Shown piece by piece: positions 23,309-34,035 of a stretch of 64,000 bases of DNA (its first letter is position 1; every line of letters starts with the position of its first letter). Location of the stretch: NCBI GenBank assembly GCA_008690995.1, contig VRMN01000012.1, forward strand, positions 186,001 through 250,000. Direction: 5' to 3'. Position numbers and translations under genes: made by a program. The notes beneath the pieces are model-generated. The model searched no databases. It was not told the DNA's origin and was given only the letters and a program-made list of their open reading frames with translations. Source of the stretch: Porphyridium purpureum. Its lineage: Eukaryota.

Positions 23309-25126
23309 GTCGCGCTTGTTTCGATCTGTCCCACTTCCAAGCCCGTCGACCGTCTTGCTAACTCGCGCAAGTGATGCGCGCTGCTGCACGAAAGACTGAG
23401 GCACGGCGTTTGAAGCAAAGACTGGACACGTCGCGATACAGCACAGACGGCACGCGTCTTGGACATGCAATCGCGCGCCGAGAACCAGAGTTGGGACGCC
23501 TCGATGAAGAGCCGCACGGCTCGAGGACGCGCGTCTATGCCGAGCGGAATATACCGGGTGACGCGGGGAGGCCGAGGCTTCGACGGTTGACAGCTGCTGG
23601 GAAACAGAGATGCTCCAGTTGCTTCCGGATATGCTCGTGGTGGCGTGCGCTGGTGTCGTGACGCAAGTGTGCGCGCAGTAGCGCCCGAGAAAGGTAACTG
23701 GCTACTGTAGCTATTGCCGTGCATTCTAGCAGGGAGGTCAGAGGCCAAAGGCCAGCCGTTCTGACCGCGGACGCGAGGAATGAGAGGGTGAGAAGATGTA
23801 CATGACACCACAGACCAGTGCGGCGGTATATGTAATGTCCGAGACAGAGGGTGACAGACCAATTTTGGTCTTCGATTTGGCCAGTAGCAGAGTACTGATG
23901 CTGGGTTTGCGCGTGCCGTAAAGAATCTGGCAGGCAGGTTTGAAGGTCTACATGTACGTCTGCCCGGCAGGCCAATGCACACACACGGTCCACCTGTGTA
24001 ATTCAAACACAGTGGCATGCTCACATCTGGTTTTATGTGGAGATACAGAGCGCTGTCGCCTCGAGAAAACATTTTCCCAACGGAGATATCGCGCTTTGAC
24101 GTCCGTGCTTCGAAATCAAGTGTATGAGAAGATCGCTTCAGCCGTTGGATTGTTACGTTCTGGACCATGCGTATCGCATTCTTTGTCCAGATGATGTAGC
24201 GGCACACAAGTACGCTTTCGGGCGCACCAACGTTCGCTCCGTTTCGGTCTCATTTCAGCAATTGTGGCAATGAGAGAAGGCACGCTTGGCTGTACATGAG
24301 CGGCTAGAGACGGGCATGATCAAGCGTCTTCCCTTGTAGCGCACCCGAGCGGAGTGCGATACTGACGCTGATGGATTCAGAACGAGCCGTGGCAAGTTTT
24401 TCGACAAGGCATGGTTGCTGGTATCGTGCAGCCTTTCAGCGGAGCGTCCCGGCCAGAGCACTGCAGAGCGGCGAGTCCGCGCGTTCGAAATTGGCCACCA
24501 CGTTGTTACGGAGAACAAGCGAGTATGTACGCGAGTGAATTCCAAATGTTTCAAAAGCGCCGAGGCCTTTGAAAAACTTTGGCTGCCAAAGATACTACGG
24601 ACATCATCGGCGCCTAGGCGCACCATTTCGGAATCGTGCTTCAAGAGTTTGCACGAGCATCGAAGCAAAGATTTTTTTATTTTTTTCTTTCCTTAGTCCT
24701 TTGCGCTTTGGGCTTCCTCGAAGCGAGGGACCAGCGCAGAAGAAGGAGAGGGCGGCTGGTGCTTTCGAGCCTGCGATTCTTCCGACAGAGAAAAGACGGT
24801 AGTAGAGTTGACGGCGACGCCGCGCGACCAGCAGAGGGCAGCCAACGAGCGGGACGACCAAGTCGCAGCGCGTGTTTAAACCGTTACGGCGAATAAAACA
24901 AACCGACAGACCGTTTTGTGAGAAGCGCGACGCGCGGCGACGTGCGTGAGAGACGCGAGACGGTGTTCTCAAGGGTGCAACCGGAAGCGCTGGTGAATGG
25001 TGTGGCTGGCGCTCGTCATCGCGCCTTGACTGTCTCACTGTTCTGCGTGGCCGAGCCTGTTTCTTGGTCCGCGGCTTGACGCGGGTTGCGTGGACGGTTG
25101 GGAGCGACGCGGACAGACCATGAAGG

Positions 25127-28100
25127 ATGGTGGGGTTTGTGCTGAGCGTTGCAGGAGATGGGATCGCTGCTGGTCGTGGACGTCGTGGACGTCTCGAGCT
25201 GTGCATGCGTCGCGGAAAGGATAAGGTTGGCGTTCGGGTGGGGACTGATGGTGCAGTGTGGAGGCATTGGCGGGGAAGAACACGCATGACAATGTCGGCT
25301 GCTGGCCACGGACGCGAGGGAATTGAGGATCAGTATGCTGCGCATCTGGGAGCGTTTTTGGCGGCAGTGGGTGGAAAGGCCTCGTTAGATGATGTCGGTC
25401 GGTATTGCGGCATGCCGCGCGAATGGCAAGACCAAGTGCATCGCGTGCGCGCGTTCTTGTTAAGACGGAAGGATATGTTCAAGCTATTTGCTTCCTCCGC
25501 GAATGACAACCCAAGAGGCACAACAGCGGGCGAAAATGTTGCAGCGGCACGGTATACATTTAATGTGGAACTCACGGAAGAGTACAAGGCTATGTACGAG
25601 TTGGTCGAGTCTCGCGGACACGTGCGCGATCGCTCAACGCGCCGCGATAAAAACGTTGAGCGCCAGATTCCGCAGAGAGTCCACGCCAGAGCTGAGACTG
25701 AATTCGTAATTGTACGTTCGGTAACGACTGCACTGCGTGATGCTGTGTCAAAACTCATGAGAGAAAAGTGGCTTCTGGTCCACAGGTTGCCGCAAGCGGA
25801 TAGTGAGCTGACCGCGTCTCAGATTTCTGGCGTGGTTGTCATCGGCGAATCTGGCCAGCTGGTGGTCTGGTTTGAAGGAGCAGACGCGTGGGAAGCGCTT
25901 CTCAAAGTGCTTCGCTATCCGGGGCTAATCGTTCCAGTCACGTTCAGCTGGCAAGAACAGAAGAGGCGGGACTTGGGAGCTGGTCCTAACCACTTTGATG
26001 TTGGATTTGCCATGGACGCTGTTAGCATGGCGCGCAGTGTCCCAGAATTTGGCCATTTTTGCAAGGATAGTGAAGAGATCCGGAACGAACTTGCGTCACT
26101 CGAGGACAAGCAACCGCTTGAGGATCATGCGGTTACGTTTATGCTTCGCTTAAGGGATCTTACCTCGGCCTTTATTGAAGGCGTGAATAATTGGAATGCT
26201 GGTTCTGTTCTTGCTGACTCGCGTGCGCTCTGCGCGGACGCATTGCGCGAATACCAGCTGCAGACGGCAGTCATTGAGCTGATGTACGAGCGAGGTCTTG
26301 TGAAGAACGCTTCTGTTGGTGCGGATGAGGAAGGGCAGGACGAGTTTGATAGTAACACAAACTTGAATGATGATGCTCTTGATGAGGAAGTATGGGATGA
26401 TACTTTTGAGCTGGACGAAGATGCACGTGGATTCAAGTTTCAGGGCCAATCAAACCAAAGACAGCGGATCGCCACAACACAGCACGACCTGCTCTTCAAG
26501 CAAATTGGGATTATTCGGGAAGCAGATGTTACCTATTTCCGCCGTCGCAAAGGCGTTGATGTGGAAGAGATTGATCTCGCACAGCTTTTGCGAGAAAAAG
26601 TTGGCTCGGAGTCCCCTCTCCAGCCTGGCGTGAGTCTTGACGATGGAAGCGTGAGAAGTGAAGCCAGTGCGGCGCTGGTGTCCCTTGCCGGAGCGCGCTT
26701 ACTGCAATCGCGCATGAGCGCGGTCAAACTCGCTGCAAAGCCCGGAAGTGATGGCACGCAGATGCAGACTTTGGGAGATGCACGGTCGTTTCCCGAGGCG
26801 CAAGCGCTGTACCTTGACCTGCTTTCCGAATTTGCATTTTCGTCCTTGTGCGAGAATGCCAAGCCCGATGAATCTAGACTTGTGAGCGTCCCTATGAATA
26901 CGCCGGTGCGGCTCGTGTTCGACCAGTTTGGGCGCGCGCATTATCTTCGCCTGCGTACCGATGATACGGTCAAAAGTACAGACAGCACCCAGATTGGTGA
27001 ACTTATGGAACGGCACGGCTCAGAGACGAAAGATGCGTCGTTTGATGCCGCGTCGTGCCGCTTGGTTCACGCGATGCTAGGTGATGTGATCTCAGACTTA
27101 CGGCAACGACACAGAAATCCAACGGTCCGGGATGACAATAGCATCAGAACCGTATCTGCTGCTGGCCGTTCGGTTCTGATGGTGGGGGCGCCTGCACAAG
27201 TCCATTTGCGTGACCGTACAGGAAGGAACGTGAGTTTTGGCAGGGTTATCCGGGATGCGATCACTGGTGCAATGGCGGAAGACTTTGATGCTCGCGTGGT
27301 TGTCGTCAACTTGAATGCCGGCATAGATGCTGCAGCACGCAGCGAGGCACGAACCGCGGGCATCATTGAGATTGACGTATTTGAGCGTGCCCCGAGCGCG
27401 CGAGCCGTGCAAGACTTGACAAGCAAGGTTCTTTCTTTTTCTCCAGATGGTGTGGTAGTTGACGGCGTGCTTAATGCAGCGCACGTGGAGCTTGCCTTGC
27501 AGCTGGCAGCGGAAGCGCAGCCACGAGGATTTGGGCTGTTCGTATCAGCAGAGGTCGACTCGGCGGCACGCTTGATGCAGAATTCTGCTCTCAGCAGGCT
27601 TGTTGGTGGCACGCGGGTCCTTGAGCTCGCTCCAGAACAAGCACGTCTAACTGTCTCTGGCCGTCGCAGGCGAGTTATCCGCGCAGCGCCCGCAGTGTTT
27701 CGTCAAATCGTTGAGCTACCCAAGCCTTCAAACTTGTCGAGCAGGTATGTACAGCACGCTCGTGTTCAGGTCCATGCAAACTCAGAGTCGAGCGTGGACC
27801 ACTTTCTGGAACTCGGAGACTTTGAGTACGAGACGCGCCAAATGGACAGTGACGAGCAACATGTGGTAAGTACGTTTTCTTACCATTTTAAGCAAGAGCG
27901 TCATCGCCTGAGGCTGTCAGATCGTGTGCTCGGCTTTCGCGCCTTCCAGCAGACGACGGGCCTCACAGATCTTTCCGCACTTGCCGAAGCAATGGTTGAC
28001 GAGCTGACGCGCCGAGCAGACGCTACCGGTAGCGGGCTACTGACGTCATTGCGGACGGAAAGTGCGGCAATGACGAAAGCATGGATCACTAAAAACCGCA

Positions 28101-28510
28101 GTGCGGACGCGGAGGACACAAAGACAGAGCCTGCGAGTGGCATCTTTGACGATCCCGACTTTGAGGAGGAGACCGCGTTGCCCATCATAAGTCTTGAGGA
28201 AGAAAGTGAGGAAGACTACAGCGCCACTGGGTCAAGCAGTGTCGATGCTGGCTCCGCGGGCCCAGAAGCAGGGCTTTTGGGGACGTCATGGAGTGCGGCA
28301 GCGCGGACACGCGAGCTCATTGCAGCCCTGGAGCGCGCGGCGGCCGAAGAGGATATGCAAAGCCCAAATGAAATAAGAGTGGCCGTGTCCACCGATTGGG
28401 ATTACAGCATGCGCAGTGTACAAGATACAAGTGCCATTGAACCATCACGCTTGATGCCATCGCTAGCCGAAAGCGCGTCGTGGCCGGTCTTGCTTCAAGA
28501 ATTGGAATAA
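25127..28510 (+). CDS. Probably plastid-targeted multidomain protein with a degenerate Ycf45/SpoIIIAA-like ATPase domain and a possible degenerate 3'-5' exonuclease-like domain
   Basis: MVGFV start followed by an Arg/Gly-rich transit-like peptide. The Ycf45-like order is kept: RSVLMVGAP..RVVVVN..SPDGVVVDG..LMQNSALSRLVGG..RAAPAVFRQIVEL..VHANSESSVDHFL. Confidence 0.7.
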   Translation: MVGFVLSVAGDGIAAGRGRRGRLELCMRRGKDKVGVRVGTDGAVWRHWRGRTRMTMSAAGHGREGIEDQYAAHLGAFLAAVGGKASLDDVGRYCGMPREWQDQVHRVRAFLLRRKDMFKLFASSANDNPRGTTAGENVAAARYTFNVELTEEYKAMYELVESRGHVRDRSTRRDKNVERQIPQRVHARAETEFVIVRSVTTALRDAVSKLMREKWLLVHRLPQADSELTASQISGVVVIGESGQLVVWFEGADAWEALLKVLRYPGLIVPVTFSWQEQKRRDLGAGPNHFDVGFAMDAVSMARSVPEFGHFCKDSEEIRNELASLEDKQPLEDHAVTFMLRLRDLTSAFIEGVNNWNAGSVLADSRALCADALREYQLQTAVIELMYERGLVKNASVGADEEGQDEFDSNTNLNDDALDEEVWDDTFELDEDARGFKFQGQSNQRQRIATTQHDLLFKQIGIIREADVTYFRRRKGVDVEEIDLAQLLREKVGSESPLQPGVSLDDGSVRSEASAALVSLAGARLLQSRMSAVKLAAKPGSDGTQMQTLGDARSFPEAQALYLDLLSEFAFSSLCENAKPDESRLVSVPMNTPVRLVFDQFGRAHYLRLRTDDTVKSTDSTQIGELMERHGSETKDASFDAASCRLVHAMLGDVISDLRQRHRNPTVRDDNSIRTVSAAGRSVLMVGAPAQVHLRDRTGRNVSFGRVIRDAITGAMAEDFDARVVVVNLNAGIDAAARSEARTAGIIEIDVFERAPSARAVQDLTSKVLSFSPDGVVVDGVLNAAHVELALQLAAEAQPRGFGLFVSAEVDSAARLMQNSALSRLVGGTRVLELAPEQARLTVSGRRRRVIRAAPAVFRQIVELPKPSNLSSRYVQHARVQVHANSESSVDHFLELGDFEYETRQMDSDEQHVVSTFSYHFKQERHRLRLSDRVLGFRAFQQTTGLTDLSALAEAMVDELTRRADATGSGLLTSLRTESAAMTKAWITKNRSADAEDTKTEPASGIFDDPDFEEETALPIISLEEESEEDYSATGSSSVDAGSAGPEAGLLGTSWSAAARTRELIAALERAAAEEDMQSPNEIRVAVSTDWDYSMRSVQDTSAIEPSRLMPSLAESASWPVLLQELE

Positions 28511-28549
28511 ACGGCAAACGTTATCAACACATGTTTGCGAGTGAACAGT

Positions 28550-31500
28550 TTAATACAATCCACTCGAATGAAAGTCGACAGGACTTGGCACAGCAAGACT
28601 GAAGGTGCGCATGGCCCATCGTGTACGCTTCAGAAGCCTGTCTGCCTCGGCTCGTCCAATACTGGTGCATCTTGCGTGAAAGCGTGAGCTCCACAACTGC
28701 AGAAATGCACGTGGCGGGCGATACTGAACAGTGGCAAGTGCCCACAAAGCATCGGATAAAAGTGCAAGCGTCAGTGTAGCCTTGTTTGTCGACAAGTGTT
28801 GCGCAAAAATGCGAACCCACATGTCCATCCATACGGGGTCAGGCCGCAATTGGAGTTGTACATATGACTTGAGCACGACGACCAGCGAGCGCTCATCGAG
28901 CTTGGAAAGTTGTGCGTCATCCAGCACCTTATCCAAGGCTCCGAGCACGCTCCACGACGGACGCTGTTTCATATTTGCGCATGCTTGCAGCACCGCGCAA
29001 ATGGTCCGCGTGTCTGGCTCGTCCTTGGGCGAGGATGAAGCGAATGCGCCGAGTCGCTCCAAAAGCTGCGCTTCGAGCGCGTGCACCAGCTCTGCATTGA
29101 GATTCAGGCCCAGTAAAGACACGTGCGTAGCCATCGCAGTATACACCATACCAAGCTCTTTGGAGGTGAGATTTGGGCATCCTGATCGTGTGTCACGCAA
29201 TGAGTGCAAGAAGCGCGCCTGCCACTGTGTGAAAAACTGAACTTGCAGTTCATTCTGGCGCTCCAGATCCCGCACGTCTGGAATGACCACTGGATGTACT
29301 AGGGCGCCCCCTTTCCGCACGGTTAGCGATATCTGTGTTGGAACGGACGGCTCGGGCTCTTCCACGCCAGTTTGATCCGAGTTTTGCATCCTGGCCGATG
29401 CCAACGCTAAAGTCTTGGGTAGTGTACCCACATGCAGGTCGTCCGCATCCTCATCCTCGTCTGAAGACGAAGAAGCCGAAGAGGATGCCAGAATCAGGAT
29501 GCTCCGAGGGTCTGCAGGCGATTCCATGTTCATGTCGAGTGCATACCCATCCACGCCACTTGCTTCCAGAAGAACAGGTCTTTGTGTGTCTGCGGAAACG
29601 GCACGAGATGGAAACATGGCTTCCGAATCGTGTTGCTGGGCCAGAGCGTGAAGCAGCACAACCAAGTCGCCCGGCGACCAGCGGAGCGCATGATCTTGCA
29701 TGGGCGATATGCACAACGGCTCGAATGCGTCACTGGGTACACGCACCCGCATCAGGCCGAAGGCCCACATGAGCGAAACAATTTCCTTTGGGCGCGGGCG
29801 CACGGTTCCTGCACCCATGCCCCTCGCAAAGGCGTCGATGAAGGAGTCTGGAGCTCGAAAGTTGATTCGTGCAAGTCCCCACATGATGTTGCTTAAATTA
29901 TGTGGTGACTGTGACACAGCCACGCGTTCGCGAATAATGGCGGCAATTAGCGATCGCATGACGTCTGCACTGGGTGTCATGCGGAGTGTCCCAAGACTCC
30001 ACAGAGCGTTTCCAAGCGCCTGCGCCGAAAACTGGTCCCACCGCGATACGAATTGAGCGAACCAGGCCTCCATAAAAGTGGCTTGGGTCTGCGGATTTGA
30101 CAGCACCTGTAGCTTGGTGAAAGCCCACACCATGAGCGCCATGGAATGCGGTGAAAAGAGGCTTGCGTATCGGCAAAAAAATTGGATGACGGAGCGTACA
30201 AATGCGGCATCTGCGCTGATCTTGAGATACACACAGCTCCAGAGGATTAGCGACAGCTCCTGCGCAAGGCGAGTGAGCCCTGCCCGCGACTTTGGGTCGG
30301 AGCTGGTAGCGGTACGGCTGCATGCATGGATACATGCTGCAAAACACTTGGTGTACACATTCTGAGGCGGGCATCGCAGCCCGAGCCACACATGCGCCCA
30401 CATCACATGGCAAGCGCCCTGAGAGGACAACTGTCGAGCCGAAATCAAGTCAAACTGCGAGTACAAGAACTTCCAGAAGGACTCGTCACGAATCACGCAC
30501 TGGTCTAGGTCGTATAACGCCTGATTAATTGTGTCGGACGAGTACGAATAGACGCCAGTACTTTCGGGTTCCTCGTCCACTCCGCCCGCTTTCACTAGTG
30601 AAAACACGGAAGAAGAATCGTTGCTCTTAAACACATTAGACGCATTGTTGCTACTGTCCACGAGTTCCGGGAAGAGCAGCGCCGGGCTCGAAGGACGTTC
30701 TGCGGCCAGTGTCCGCGATGGAGCAAACGCGGCGTTGAGCTCATCGAGTGACTGCTTAAAGGTAGCAAACGACCACAGAACGTTGGCAAGACACTGCTCG
30801 GCCAGCGCATGACCCTGCAGCGCAAGCTCGCGAAGGCGGAAATGCGAGCTGATTAGCAATTCTGGGTACAAGGGCAGCCAGCGCAACGTTGCAAGTGCCC
30901 ACAGCACATTGGACACTTCTTGCGCAGTTGCCGATGTCTTAATGTGTCGCGTGAGCTCGCGGGTGAAAAGGCCGATAAGCTCATCGCGGGTTGTGACTTG
31001 AAGGTAGCCCATTGCAGAGACCAGAGCACGATTCCACTGTGCCGGCTTGGACAATTTCGCCAGCGCCCACAAACAATTTGCCCAAGCGCGCGCGTCCATC
31101 CGCCGCTCAGCGTTCTGGTACGCATACACAATGAAGGCCACCTCCAGCGCTGGCGCCGACTGAGCGCTCTCTGAAAACCGAAAGTCAAGCTTTGCGAGTG
31201 AGGTAAAGATCTTGGCAATGGTATACTTGTCGCACTCGGGTACACCCAAATACGTTGCCGGCAGAACACTCCGCTCCACGATCTCTTGCACAAGTACGGA
31301 GACACCCATGTCCCGGAAAAGCCGCATGTGTTGCTCAGACTGTGATGCAAACTTGCTGAATAGCAGAAGCACGCGAGACGCGCATTTGATCGAGGTCAAT
31401 GTGTACGAGTTTGCCGCCGCGAGGCGCATCTCGTTCATCCATGCGGTCCATGCGCGCCATACCGGCGTACGATCCGACCCTGAGCTTTTCTGCAGCGTCT

Positions 31501-31837
31501 CTGAGCTCTGAAGGGACGAAAAGCGCAGCTCAAGCTGTTTGAGCTGATCTAGAAACTCATCAGACACCCACACGCGCGTGGCCTGCGGCTGCGGTGAGCG
31601 ATCATCTTGGCAAAAACGGCTTATTCCAGTCTTCATTCTCCTTCCCCGACGCGGACTTAAGCTCCGATGCGGCCACCCAAGTTGTTGACCTGCGAGTACG
31701 CGCAATCGACAAGTCGTCCATTTCACAGAGCCTACCTGCACGAGGACAGCCCGTTCACACGCTACAATGCCACATCCCTTGTTCAGAGGCGCAGGACCGC
31801 GAAATGCAAACATGAAGGCGCCCAAAGACCACTCCAT
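28550..31837 (-). CDS. OPR/HPR-type helical-repeat organellar RNA-binding protein (Tbc2/FASTK-like repeats)
   Basis: About 14 degenerate repeats of the xQxLSNxLWALAxL type (AQEVSNVLWALATL, EQCLANVLWSFATF, AQALGNALWSLGTL, PHNLSNIMWGLARI). Transit-like N-terminus with an alternative MFAF start at 31813. Confidence 0.85.
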   Translation of the reverse strand: MEWSLGAFMFAFRGPAPLNKGCGIVACERAVLVQVGSVKWTTCRLRVLAGQQLGWPHRSLSPRRGRRMKTGISRFCQDDRSPQPQATRVWVSDEFLDQLKQLELRFSSLQSSETLQKSSGSDRTPVWRAWTAWMNEMRLAAANSYTLTSIKCASRVLLLFSKFASQSEQHMRLFRDMGVSVLVQEIVERSVLPATYLGVPECDKYTIAKIFTSLAKLDFRFSESAQSAPALEVAFIVYAYQNAERRMDARAWANCLWALAKLSKPAQWNRALVSAMGYLQVTTRDELIGLFTRELTRHIKTSATAQEVSNVLWALATLRWLPLYPELLISSHFRLRELALQGHALAEQCLANVLWSFATFKQSLDELNAAFAPSRTLAAERPSSPALLFPELVDSSNNASNVFKSNDSSSVFSLVKAGGVDEEPESTGVYSYSSDTINQALYDLDQCVIRDESFWKFLYSQFDLISARQLSSQGACHVMWAHVWLGLRCPPQNVYTKCFAACIHACSRTATSSDPKSRAGLTRLAQELSLILWSCVYLKISADAAFVRSVIQFFCRYASLFSPHSMALMVWAFTKLQVLSNPQTQATFMEAWFAQFVSRWDQFSAQALGNALWSLGTLRMTPSADVMRSLIAAIIRERVAVSQSPHNLSNIMWGLARINFRAPDSFIDAFARGMGAGTVRPRPKEIVSLMWAFGLMRVRVPSDAFEPLCISPMQDHALRWSPGDLVVLLHALAQQHDSEAMFPSRAVSADTQRPVLLEASGVDGYALDMNMESPADPRSILILASSSASSSSDEDEDADDLHVGTLPKTLALASARMQNSDQTGVEEPEPSVPTQISLTVRKGGALVHPVVIPDVRDLERQNELQVQFFTQWQARFLHSLRDTRSGCPNLTSKELGMVYTAMATHVSLLGLNLNAELVHALEAQLLERLGAFASSSPKDEPDTRTICAVLQACANMKQRPSWSVLGALDKVLDDAQLSKLDERSLVVVLKSYVQLQLRPDPVWMDMWVRIFAQHLSTNKATLTLALLSDALWALATVQYRPPRAFLQLWSSRFHARCTSIGRAEADRLLKRTRWAMRTFSLAVPSPVDFHSSGLY

Positions 31838-33427
31838 TTCAATGACGCGGCTGTGGCCAACTCACGGCGCACATCCACGAACAGGCCAAGAACGAAACAG
31901 ACCGAGCACGCACGCGCGCGCTGGACAGAGAAAGCAAGACAGCCAGACAGACAGACTGGCAGAATGACAGAACGTCCATCCATACAGGCCGCGTTGCTGC
32001 AGCCGTGCCAGGAGCCGAGCCACAACTCGTCCACAACATCCAGCCCGCCCGACCGCCACGCCGCCCCGCCAGCGCCAAAACAGAAAAAGTCGCACAAAAT
32101 TTTCGGTTTATTTAACTTTTTTCGTTTATTTAACTTTTCGGTTCATTTCACGATTTCCAGCCGCGGTGTGTGAACCGAAAGGAAAGACTGTACCCTATCT
32201 AAATGGGCCCGTTTTATCATACTTATTTGAGGTACAGTATTTGCGACCGTGCGAGAAATGTGACGGCGGTTCGAGCGTGTTGCATTGGAGAGCACGTGCA
32301 GAAGCCGAAAAGGTTTCCCGCGTGAGGATATTACCGGTAGTGTATGCGCATGTCCGAGAGATGGCCTTTGTTTGCCCCTCGCGCTCACGCCGAAATGCCG
32401 TGAAACGTGCCCGAGCGACACTGTCCCGCCAAGCGACCGAATGGATCCGGTAGATCTGAACTGCCTGCAGCCACATTTTGAGGGACAGTTATTCAGCTCA
32501 TCGGCTCTGCCTCTCCTGTTTTCTTTAAAAACCCTCTGCGGGCCGTGCCAATGAATTTATGGCTTCGCCATTCCTTAAAGCCACCGCTTTTCAGTGCAGA
32601 TTCTCCAATCAACGAAAGCCAAAGGAGCTTCATTCTTTCCTTCTCTGCTTCTTTTTGCGGAGCCGTCGAAGCTGAAGCTCACGCACATCATTCATTCCGA
32701 GGTGCCGGCCGACACAATTTTGGATTCGCGGTATCCGAACCACTGCCAGTGTTCATCCGTGCCACACACCCATTGAAGTTCGAGAAGAAATTCCCTTCAA
32801 TGGTCGCTCGCGGCAAAAGCACATTCGCAATCAAAAAGCCCGTGAAGGATTTGATGGCCTGGAAGCTTTTGAATGATTACTTTCCTTCTCCACTCCTCGG
32901 CCTTGCTGCTTTTGGAGACCTTGGGCCAGATGTGCGGGCCCCAGACACGTCTGTCACTATCGCCGCCGCCTAGTCTACCGCCTGTACGTAAGCACAATGT
33001 TGAAACGCACTGCCTGCATGCCCCGGCACAACTCGGCTGGCGCGAGACTGACCAGAATGGCTACGACAATTATCGCTGACACATTCAACCATGGAGCCGC
33101 GACATGGACATAGCCCAAACTGTCGACTCTCATTTAGACAGCAAAGACAATCCGCTCCATGCTCTTCTGCCACGTTAATCTTTCATGAGTCATACATTCG
33201 CACCCCAACTGCGTTGTATATTGACGGCAGAGCATGAAGGCCGGAAAGGACGGCCTTGTACTTTCAGAAGCCCGGCAAGCACACACGCGTCCATGGTCGC
33301 GCTGGACCTGAACACACGTACCATTCCCACACGCTTGCTACTGCCACAGACACCAACCGATGCTGCCCAACATCTGTCGTCCCAACATTCAGTTGAGCTA
33401 AAGTGCCCGCCTTCACCATTAACCGAA

Positions 33428-33535
33428 CCGAACGGACCGAACGGACCGAATGGACCGAATGGACCGAATGGACCGAATGGACCGAACGGACCGAATGGAC
33501 CGAACGGACCGAACGGACCGAACGGACCGAATGAG
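33428..33535. repeat. 9-bp tandem array CCGAA(C/T)GGA, 11 copies plus one degenerate
   Basis: Read directly. Confidence 0.95.
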
Positions 33536-33623
33536 CCGATAGCGATTGATGGAGGCGGTTGCGACCGGACGTGAGCGTGGGGCGGGAGGGGCCGCGACGG
33601 GCGCATGTGGGAATGGCGCGCGA

Positions 33624-33647
33624 TGTGTGTGTGTGTGTGTGTGTGTG
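33624..33647. repeat. (TG)12 microsatellite
   Basis: Read directly. Confidence 0.9.
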
Positions 33648-34035
33648 TTGAGGCAGAGAGGGAATAAGCGTGCCTGCGTGCGTGGCGCGCACAACGCACA
33701 ATAAGCATGAGCCACGCGTGCGCGCCTGCTGCGTGCGGTCGCGAGAACGGCCGGAAATGAAGGCGGCGCGTGTGGGTCTGTGGCTGCTGCGGCGGCTTTG
33801 TGTCGCCGCGCAACGCACGGACAGGAATCGCAAGGGGCCGTGTGGGTGCCCACTGGCGAGCCGTGAGAAGAGCCGCGTGCCGTGTGTATATATACGTGTG
33901 TGAGTGTGGGCCTGGTCGTGCGGATCGTGGCGTACGGGTCGGAACATTGACGCGAGGCAACAGGAAGCAGCCGCGTCTTGGAAAGGTGGAGGACGAGAGT
34001 GAGGCGAAAGAGAGTCACAGGGGGTTATAGTGACG

